This document shows positions 14,890 to 21,454 of a stretch of DNA of 24,000 nucleotides, in pieces. The notes beneath the pieces are model-generated. The model saw only the letters and a program-made list of their open reading frames with translations. It did not search any database and was not told where the DNA came from. The first letter of the stretch is position 1, and every line of letters starts with the position of its first letter. A program made the position numbers and the translations under genes. Source of the DNA: Catenulispora sp. MAP5-51 (GTDB lineage: Bacteria; Actinomycetota; Actinomycetes; Streptomycetales; Catenulisporaceae); the NCBI RefSeq assembly GCF_041261205.1, contig NZ_JBGCCH010000042.1, positions 55,360-79,359 of the forward strand, written 5' to 3'.

Positions 14890-15242
14890 GCGCCGCGGCC
14901 GACGCTGTCGCCGGTGCTGCCGCCGGTGCTGCTGGTGCTGCTGCCGGCGCCGCACAGCCCGGGTTCGGCGCCTGCTCGGGCGAGGCCGGCGGCGACGGCG
15001 AGTGCCTGACGTGCGGCGACGTCGCGATCCCGCTGACCGTGGTCGAGGTCGCCGGCGCCGACGCGCGCTGCCGCGACGAGGCCGGGCGCACCGAGACGGT
15101 CGCCGTGGAGCTGGTCGGGCCGGTCGGGGTGGGGGACCGGCTGCTGGTGCACGCCGGTGTCGCGATCGAGGTGCTGCGGCCCGAGTTGCCGTCGCCGGAG
15201 ACCCTGCCGCCCGAGATGCCGCCGCCCGAGCCGGAAGCCTAG
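14886..15242 (+). CDS. Divergent HypC/HupF-like paralog with an Ala/Gly-rich N-terminal extension and Pro-rich tail (118 aa)
   Basis: GTG 14886 overlaps the hypC stop (GTGA). The body DVAIPLTVVEVAG...ARCRDEAGRTETVAVELVGPVGVGDRLLVHAGVAIEVL has the HypC OB-fold pattern. The HypC-type Cys lies internally (GECLTCGD, Cys40/Cys43) after about 39 residues. Confidence 0.7.
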   Translation: MSAAADAVAGAAAGAAGAAAGAAQPGFGACSGEAGGDGECLTCGDVAIPLTVVEVAGADARCRDEAGRTETVAVELVGPVGVGDRLLVHAGVAIEVLRPELPSPETLPPEMPPPEPEA

Positions 15243-15265
15243 GAACAAGAAAACAGGAGCCTGCG

Positions 15266-16390
15266 ATGCGCTTTGTCGACGAATACCGCGACCCGGACCT
15301 GGCCCGCGTGCTGTCGGCGCAGATCGCCGCGCTGGCCGAGCCCGGGCGGCACTACAAGTTCATGGAGGTCTGCGGCGGCCACACGCACGCGATCTACCGC
15401 TACGGCGTGCACGACCTGCTGCCGGAGAACATCGAGCTCGTCCACGGCCCGGGCTGCCCGGTGTGCGTGATCCCGATGGGCCGCGTCGACGACGGCATCG
15501 CCCTGGCCGAGCAGCCCGGCGTGATCCTGACGTGCTTCGGGGACATGATGCGGGTGCCCGGCGGGCGCGGCTCGTTCCTGGAGGCCAACGCGCGCGGCAC
15601 CGACATCCGCATGGTGTACTCGCCGCTGGACGCGCTGCGCATCGCCCGGGAGAACCCGGACCGGCAGGTCGTCTTCTACGCCATCGGCTTCGAGACCACC
15701 GCGCCCTCGACCGCGCTGACCGTCCTGCGCGCGGAGCAGGAGGGCATCGAGAACTTCTCGGTGATGTGCAGCCACGTCACGATCATCCCGGCGATCAAGG
15801 CCATCCTGGACTCGCCGGACCTGCGCCTGGACGCCTTCATCGGGCCCGGCCACGTCTCCACGGTCATCGGGTGCCGGCCGTACGAGTTCATCGCGCGCGA
15901 GCACGGCAAGCCGGTGGTCTGCGCGGGGTTCGAGCCGCTGGACGTGCTGCAGTCCGTCCACATGATCATGAAGCAGCTCGCCGAGGGCCGCAGCGAGGTG
16001 GAGAACCAGTACGGCCGCGTCGTGCGCTGGGATGGCAACGAGCTGGCGCTGAAGTCGCTGAGCAAGGTCTTCGAGCTGCGGCCGTTCTTCGAGTGGCGCG
16101 GCCTGGGCTCCATCCCGCAGTCGGCGCTGCGGTTCACCGAGGCCTACGCGCGCTTCGACGCCGAGCAGCGGTACGCCCTGCCCGGCGTCCGCGTCGCCGA
16201 CCCGAAGGCGTGCCAGTGCGGCGAGGTGCTCAAGGGCGTGCTGAAACCGTGGGAGTGCAAGGTGTTCGGCACCGCCTGCACCCCCGAGACGCCGATCGGC
16301 ACCTGCATGGTCTCCTCCGAGGGGGCCTGCGCCGCCTACTACAACTTCGGGCAGTACTCGCGGCAGCGCCTCGACCTGCAAGTGCTCTGA
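15266..16390 (+). CDS. hypD: Hydrogenase maturation Fe-S protein HypD (374 aa)
   Basis: ATG 15266 has GGAG 7 nt upstream. Motifs present are MRFVDEYRD, FMEVCGGHTHAI, GPGCPVCV, FYAIGFETTAPS, GPGHVS and the C-terminal CxxxxxxC...C cluster region. Confidence 0.95.
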   Translation: MRFVDEYRDPDLARVLSAQIAALAEPGRHYKFMEVCGGHTHAIYRYGVHDLLPENIELVHGPGCPVCVIPMGRVDDGIALAEQPGVILTCFGDMMRVPGGRGSFLEANARGTDIRMVYSPLDALRIARENPDRQVVFYAIGFETTAPSTALTVLRAEQEGIENFSVMCSHVTIIPAIKAILDSPDLRLDAFIGPGHVSTVIGCRPYEFIAREHGKPVVCAGFEPLDVLQSVHMIMKQLAEGRSEVENQYGRVVRWDGNELALKSLSKVFELRPFFEWRGLGSIPQSALRFTEAYARFDAEQRYALPGVRVADPKACQCGEVLKGVLKPWECKVFGTACTPETPIGTCMVSSEGACAAYYNFGQYSRQRLDLQVL

Positions 16391-16443
16391 TGCGCGCTGA
16401 ACTGCTCCGACGTGTTCTGACGTGCCCTGAGAAGGAGAACCGA

Positions 16444-17526
16444 ATGCCGAAGGTCCTCACCGAGGAAGAGGTCGGCGCCCGCATCGAGGAGATGCGCCGC
16501 CGCCCCCAGCGCTTCCGCGACGAGCGCATCACCATGGCCCACGGCGCCGGCGGCAAGGCGAGCCGCGCCCTGGTCGAGGGCCTGGTGGTGCCGCTGCTGG
16601 GGGAGCACGCCCCGGCGGCCCTGGGCGACGCGGCCGAGCTGAAGGCGGACGGCACCGCGCTGGCCTTCACCACGGACTCCTTCGTGGTCCGCCCGCTGAG
16701 CTTCCCCGGCGGCACCATCGGCGAACTGGCCGTCAACGGCACCGTCAACGACCTCGCGGTCAGCGGCGCCCGCCCCCTGGCCCTGTCCCTGGCGATGATC
16801 CTGGAGGAAGGCCTGGCCGCGTCCGTCCTGGAGGAGCAGGTCCGCGCCATCGCCGCGGCGGCCGCAGCCGCGGGCGTCCCGATCGCGACCGGCGACACGA
16901 AGGTCGTCGAACGCGGCAAGTGCGACGGCATGTACCTGACCACCGCCGGCGTCGGCATCCAACGCCCCGACGCGACCCTGGCCCCCGAACGCGTCCGCCC
17001 CGGCGACAAGGTCCTGGTCTCCGGCACCATCGGCGACCACGGCGTGGCCATCATGCTCGCCCGCGGCGGCCTGGACCTCCAGGCGCAGGTCCGCAGCGAC
17101 ACCCGCAGCCTGTGGCCGGTGGCCGCGGCGCTCCTCGACGCCTGCGGCACCGCCGCGCACTGCCTGCGCGACGCGACCCGCGGCGGCGTGGCGACGGTCC
17201 TCAACGAGATCGCGGCGGCCGCCGAGGTCGGCGTCCTGATCGCCGAGGACCGCGTCCCGATCCGCCCGGAGGTGACAGGAGCCTGCGAGATCCTCGGCAT
17301 CGACCCCCTCTACGTGGCCAACGAAGGCAAACTCGTCGCCTTCGTAGCCCCCGAAGCCGCCGACGCGGCCCTGGAGGCGTTGCGCCGCACCGAAGGCGGC
17401 GCCGACGCCGCCCTGATCGGCGAGGTGCGCGACGAACCGCCGGGACGGGTGCTCGGGCGGACGGGGTTCGGGGGGCATCGGATCATTGATGTGCTGGTGG
17501 GGGATCCGCTGCCGCGGATTTGCTGA
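16444..17526 (+). CDS. hypE: Hydrogenase maturation protein HypE (carbamoyl dehydratase, 360 aa)
   Basis: ATG 16444 has AAGGAG 5 nt upstream. The body is AIR-synthase-like (ITMAHGAGGKASRALV, TTDSFVV, ELAVNGTVNDLAVSGA) and ends in the diagnostic C-terminal PRIC. Confidence 0.95.
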   Translation: MPKVLTEEEVGARIEEMRRRPQRFRDERITMAHGAGGKASRALVEGLVVPLLGEHAPAALGDAAELKADGTALAFTTDSFVVRPLSFPGGTIGELAVNGTVNDLAVSGARPLALSLAMILEEGLAASVLEEQVRAIAAAAAAAGVPIATGDTKVVERGKCDGMYLTTAGVGIQRPDATLAPERVRPGDKVLVSGTIGDHGVAIMLARGGLDLQAQVRSDTRSLWPVAAALLDACGTAAHCLRDATRGGVATVLNEIAAAAEVGVLIAEDRVPIRPEVTGACEILGIDPLYVANEGKLVAFVAPEAADAALEALRRTEGGADAALIGEVRDEPPGRVLGRTGFGGHRIIDVLVGDPLPRIC

Positions 17527-17576
17527 GGGGTGGTCGGGCTGCGGGCTGCTGCTGGTTGTGGCTGTGCTGTGGGGGT

Positions 17577-17605
17577 GGGCTGTGAGCTTCTAAATCCCAC
17601 AGCCC
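17577..17605. terminator. Hairpin between convergent hypE and the mpaB-like gene (GGGCTGTG - 13 nt loop - CACAGCCC)
   Basis: An 8-bp perfect inverted repeat is read directly. It sits in the 103-bp gap between two convergent stops. The loop is large and there is no clear U-tract, so function as an intrinsic terminator is uncertain. Confidence 0.35.
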
Positions 17606-17629
17606 GGCCGCAACCTAGCGTGCCAGTCC

Positions 17630-18472
17630 CTAAACCACAGGCCCCAACTCCTCCACCCGATACCCGTCCGGATAACTCGGCGCCGTCCCCAGCTTCAAAT
17701 AAGGCTCCGTCCGCGGCGCCTTCCACGCCTCCGCCGTCGCCCGCACCCGCAGCAGCCCCCCGACCAGCATCCGCACCGGAAGTGCCGGCGTCGGCGCCCC
17801 GACGGCCGTGCGCAGCGTCGGCGGCAGCAGGGTGTCGGCGACCGGGCCGGCCAGGCCCTTCAGACGGTCGGGCAGGCGGCCGGTGAACAGGCCGCGGGTC
17901 GCGGTCATCAGTGCCTCGGCGGCGGCGGTGTGGGCGAAGTGCTCGGCCTCGTAGGTGTCGAGGACCTTCTCGAATCCTGCGTAGTCACTCGGGATGTCGG
18001 TGACGTGCATCAGCTCGCCCAGCCGCCGGTAGAACTCCACTGTCGCGGTGCGTTCGTGGCAGCACAGCGGGCGCCAGCCGGTGCGGGCGATCCAGCGGGT
18101 CGGGACCACCACGAAGGTCGCCAGGACGTAGCGGTAGTCGTCGTCGGCGATGGTGAAGCGGCGGTGGATCTGGTTCAGGCGCTTGACCGCCGCCCGTCCG
18201 CGCTCGGCTTCCAGGCCGTTGGTGATCAGTTCGTACATGAGCAGGCCGGTGTCGTCGGCGCGCTTGCGGGTGCGCTCGGTCATCTCGCCGGTCGAGTGCA
18301 GGAGCTCGGCGATCGCCGGGATGCCGAACGTCGAGTAGAACGCCAGGTTCAGGCCGAGCATGGTCTCCCAGCCGAATTCGTACTGCGCGACCGTGCGGTA
18401 GATCTCTTCGTGGTCTGCGACCGGATCCAGGGTGCGGATGTGCTTCAGCCGGGCCAGCTCGCGGTTGCGCAT
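17630..18472 (-). CDS. MpaB/DUF2236-family oxygenase-like protein (280 aa from ATG 18472)
   Basis: The blocks LDPVADHEEIYRTVAQYEFGWETMLGLNLAFYSTFGIPAIAELL..TGE and RAAVKRLNQIHRRFTI are typical of the 'oxygenase MpaB family'. The longer track start at 18517 would overlap the divergent GNAT start codon, so I prefer Met16. Confidence 0.7.
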   Translation of the reverse strand: MRNRELARLKHIRTLDPVADHEEIYRTVAQYEFGWETMLGLNLAFYSTFGIPAIAELLHSTGEMTERTRKRADDTGLLMYELITNGLEAERGRAAVKRLNQIHRRFTIADDDYRYVLATFVVVPTRWIARTGWRPLCCHERTATVEFYRRLGELMHVTDIPSDYAGFEKVLDTYEAEHFAHTAAAEALMTATRGLFTGRLPDRLKGLAGPVADTLLPPTLRTAVGAPTPALPVRMLVGGLLRVRATAEAWKAPRTEPYLKLGTAPSYPDGYRVEELGPVV

Positions 18473-18515
18473 GGGCTCGGATCGTAGCGGCCCGCGGCAT
18501 CCTAGGCTGTGCGCC

Positions 18516-19058
18516 ATGACCGAACTCCATACCGACCGACTGATCCTGCGCCGCTGGAAGGACTCCGACCTCGAGCCCTGGGCCGCGATGAACGCCGACC
18601 CCGAAGTCCGCGAGCACCTCGGCGAGGTGATGACCCGCGAGCAGAGCGACGGCTCGGTGGCCCGCTTCCTGGAGGAGTACGACGCGCGCGGCTACGGCTG
18701 GCTGGCCGTCGAGGTCCGCGAGACCGGCGCCTTCATCGGCTTCGCGGGCCTGGACGAGGTCGACGAGGAGATGCCCTTCACCGGCGTGGAGATCGGCTGG
18801 CGCCTGGCCCGCGAGGCGTGGGGCCGCGGCTACGCCACCGAGGCGGCGCGCGCGATCCTCGCCTTCGCCTTCGACACCCTCGCCCTGCCCGAGGTCCTGG
18901 CCCTGACGACGGCCACCAACACCCGCTCCCAGGCGGTGATGAAGCGCCTGGGCATGACCTACGACCCGGCCGACGACTTCGAGGATCCGACCGTCCCGGA
19001 GGGCCCGCTGCGCGCCGGCGTCGTGTACCGGATCAAGGCCGGCGGCACGACAGCCTAG
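18516..19058 (+). CDS. GNAT family N-acetyltransferase (RimJ/RimL-like, 180 aa)
   Basis: MTELHTDRLILRRWKDSDLEPWAAMNADPEV is the typical N-terminus of this GNAT subgroup. The acetyl-CoA pocket block is EIGWRLAREAWGRGYATEAARAIL. The start is set at ATG 18516 rather than the track start 18432. Confidence 0.8.
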   Translation: MTELHTDRLILRRWKDSDLEPWAAMNADPEVREHLGEVMTREQSDGSVARFLEEYDARGYGWLAVEVRETGAFIGFAGLDEVDEEMPFTGVEIGWRLAREAWGRGYATEAARAILAFAFDTLALPEVLALTTATNTRSQAVMKRLGMTYDPADDFEDPTVPEGPLRAGVVYRIKAGGTTA

Positions 19059-19060
19059 CC

Positions 19061-19969
19061 ATGGCACACAACAGCGAGCGCAACGGCGAGTACAGCGGCG
19101 AGTACATCGTGGTGCACCATCCGGGCTCGGTGTCCGATCTGCGGTTCTTCGCAGACCTCGGACACATCCTGTACGACGGCGCCTATACGGACCGCGGCAC
19201 CCGGCCCGGCGGCTGGCACACGCTGCAGCGCGGAGGCCTCGCCGCCGACGAGTACTGGCTGACGCAGCTCGTGGCCGGGTCTCGGGCCCCGGTCATGCTC
19301 GTGTCCTTCTTCGCGGGCGAGATGTGCGCGATCCGGGGTCTGGAACCCGGTCCCCATGCCACCCCGTGGGCCGTACGGCTGCACGCGGCCTCGGTGCCGT
19401 CGCGCTACCCGACGCCGAAGCGCCGGGACCTGTACCCGGCGCCGCTGCCGCCGCTGTGGATGATCTCCGACGAGCTGCTCAGCGGCCCCGCGGCCGTCGA
19501 GGCCATCGCCGGCTGGTCGGCTGCCACAGACGGCGCGCCCGACCGCGCGGCCCTGGCCGCGCTGCTGGCCGAGGAACCCGAGCACTTCGCCGAGGACCTC
19601 CTCGACCGGCTCCTGGACACGCTCGGCCTCAGCGAGCAGGTCGAACTGTGGTACCCCCACCTGTTCCACGGCTGGGACGACCCGGTGAAACTGCAACGCT
19701 CGATCGCGGCCCTGCAACCGGGCCGGTTCCGCGCCCTGGACTGCCGAGAGCACCAGGACTGCTTCGCGCTGGTCCGGATGCACGCCGAGGGTGACTACAC
19801 GATCGAGTTCCGTGAGCAGAAGTCCGAGACGCCCCAGCAGACCACCACGGCGTCGCTGGATGCGGTGGTCGAGGCCATGAACGCTTGGGTACACGGCGAG
19901 GTCGCGTGGCGCGCGGACTTCAGGTGGCAGGAGGTCGCCGAGGTTCCTTCCGCCGGCGAAGCAACCTGA
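19061..19969 (+). CDS. Hypothetical protein (302 aa), no recognisable family
   Basis: ATG 19061 lies 2 nt after the GNAT stop. This is the 3' part of track ORF 18509..19969 (MAHNSERNGEYSGEYIVVHHPGS...). GC3 bias is consistent with coding. Confidence 0.6.
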   Translation: MAHNSERNGEYSGEYIVVHHPGSVSDLRFFADLGHILYDGAYTDRGTRPGGWHTLQRGGLAADEYWLTQLVAGSRAPVMLVSFFAGEMCAIRGLEPGPHATPWAVRLHAASVPSRYPTPKRRDLYPAPLPPLWMISDELLSGPAAVEAIAGWSAATDGAPDRAALAALLAEEPEHFAEDLLDRLLDTLGLSEQVELWYPHLFHGWDDPVKLQRSIAALQPGRFRALDCREHQDCFALVRMHAEGDYTIEFREQKSETPQQTTTASLDAVVEAMNAWVHGEVAWRADFRWQEVAEVPSAGEAT

Positions 19970-20018
19970 ACCAGGGCTTAGGCATCTCCTTTACATGCCT
20001 ACCAACGACGCCGACAGC

Positions 20019-20065
20019 ACGAAGCCGACAAGTCGGATATTGAAGGGCCCGACCGCCGGCTTCGT
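20019..20065. other. Long imperfect hairpin in the intergenic region: 9-bp outer stem ACGAAGCCG/CGGCTTCGT and 5-bp inner stem GTCGG/CCGAC
   Basis: The inverted repeats are read directly from the sequence: outer arms at 20019-20027 and 20057-20065, inner arms at 20032-20036 and 20049-20053. Confidence 0.5.
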
Positions 20066-20104
20066 CGCAGAGGCGTCGAGGCAGTCGAGGTTGTCGGGGT
20101 CGTC

Positions 20105-20121
20105 GGGGCTGTCGCAGCCCC
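20105..20121. other. GC-rich hairpin GGGGCTG-tcg-CAGCCCC, 23 nt upstream of the esterase start
   Basis: It has a perfect 7-bp stem and a 3-nt loop. It is preceded by direct repeats GTCGAGG x2 and GTCGGGG x2. Confidence 0.5.
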
Positions 20122-20143
20122 GCACCGCCGGCCAGGCCGCCCC

Positions 20144-21454
20144 GTGAAGAACCCCCTCGACTGGTCCCTCCTCAGCGGCCCCATCCCCGTCCTCCTCCTG
20201 CTGGCCACCGTCGCCGCCTTCGCCTTCCTCCTTGCCGACCGCACCCGCGCCTGGTGGGTCTGGCGCGCCCCGGCCGCCTTCGCCGTCGGCGCGGTGCTCA
20301 CCGCCGTGCTCGGCGTCGTCGTCGACCGGTGGTGGCGGCCGTTCCCCGAAGGGCTGCCCACCGAGGTCCTTCTGTGGCTGGGAGTGGCGATCCTCGGCCT
20401 CGCCGTCGCGGCCCTGCGCGCGCTGTCCCTGTCCTGGCGCCGCCGGGGCCTGGCGCTCGCCTGTGCCGTGGTCATCGGCCTGACCGGGCTGAACCAGGTC
20501 AACCGCTACTTCCAGAACTACATGACCACGCGTGCGCTGCTCGGGCCGTGGCTCGACACCGGGACCGAGTTCGGGCGGGCCGCCCGGCCGGCCGCCGAGG
20601 TCGTCGCCGCCCCGCCCGGCCGCATGCTCGCCGACGTCTGGACGCCGCCGGCGCGCCTGCCGGCCACCGGCACCGTGTCCGAGGTCACCATCCCGGGCAA
20701 GGCCTCGCACTTCAACGCCCGCAAGGCCTGGATCTACCTCCCGCCCGCCTACCAGGCGACGCCGCGGCCGCAGCTGCCCGTGCTCGTCCTGCTCGCCGGG
20801 CAGCCGGGGTCACCCCGGGACTGGATCGACGCCGGCCGGGTGCACAAGATCCTCGACGCCTACGCCGCCGCACACCACGGCCTGGCGCCGGTCACCGTCA
20901 TGCCGGACGCGACCGGCTCCACCATCGGCAACACGCTCTGCATGGACTCCAAGCTCGGCAACGCCGAGACCTACCTGACCACCGACCTCGAAGCCTGGGT
21001 CACCGCCAACCTCCAGGTCGCCCCGCCCGAGCGCGGCTGGACCGTCGGCGGCTTCTCCTTCGGCGGCACCTGTGCCGTCCAGCTGGCGCTGCGCGCCCCG
21101 CAGCTCTACCGCACCTTCCTGGACCTGTCCGGGCAGCGCGAACCGACCCTCGGCACCCACAAGGACACCGTGAAGAAGGCCTTCAACGGCGACGAGGGCG
21201 CCTTCGCCCGCGCCAACCCCGTCTCCATCCTCGCCAAGCAGCACTTCCCCGGACTCGCCGGCCGCCTCGTCGGCGGCACCACCGACAAGGAGTTCACGCC
21301 GCAGCTCACCATCGTCTACTGGGCCTGCCGCCACGCCGGCCTCGACGTCCGGATGAGCGAGGTCCCCGGCGGCCACAGCTGGCAGGTGTGGCGCGCCGGC
21401 TTCACCGAGCAGCTGCCCTGGATCGCCGAGCGCAACGGCCTGGCCCGCCAATGA
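20144..21454 (+). CDS. Membrane-anchored alpha/beta hydrolase (esterase-D/antigen-85-like 'putative esterase' family, 436 aa)
   Basis: The N-terminal ~120 aa form about four hydrophobic helices. The catalytic domain has PVLVLLAGQPGSPRDW, the nucleophile elbow GGFSFGG and a C-terminal GGHSWQVW block. The start is GTG with no visible SD. Confidence 0.75.
   Translation: MKNPLDWSLLSGPIPVLLLLATVAAFAFLLADRTRAWWVWRAPAAFAVGAVLTAVLGVVVDRWWRPFPEGLPTEVLLWLGVAILGLAVAALRALSLSWRRRGLALACAVVIGLTGLNQVNRYFQNYMTTRALLGPWLDTGTEFGRAARPAAEVVAAPPGRMLADVWTPPARLPATGTVSEVTIPGKASHFNARKAWIYLPPAYQATPRPQLPVLVLLAGQPGSPRDWIDAGRVHKILDAYAAAHHGLAPVTVMPDATGSTIGNTLCMDSKLGNAETYLTTDLEAWVTANLQVAPPERGWTVGGFSFGGTCAVQLALRAPQLYRTFLDLSGQREPTLGTHKDTVKKAFNGDEGAFARANPVSILAKQHFPGLAGRLVGGTTDKEFTPQLTIVYWACRHAGLDVRMSEVPGGHSWQVWRAGFTEQLPWIAERNGLARQ

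Noticed and set aside
18473-18517. Longer start (18517) for the mpaB-like gene, as given in the ORF track
   Set aside because: It would overlap the divergent GNAT start codon head-to-head and add 15 non-conserved-looking residues (MAHSLGCRGPLRSEP). Met16 (18472) leaves a plausible promoter gap. The choice remains uncertain.
18516-19969. GNAT plus downstream gene as a GNAT-type toxin-antitoxin module
   Set aside because: GNAT toxins (TacT/AtaT type) are paired with a small upstream RHH/DUF1778 antitoxin. Here the GNAT is the RimJ/RimL-like subtype and the partner is a large 302-aa downstream protein with no DNA-binding motif.
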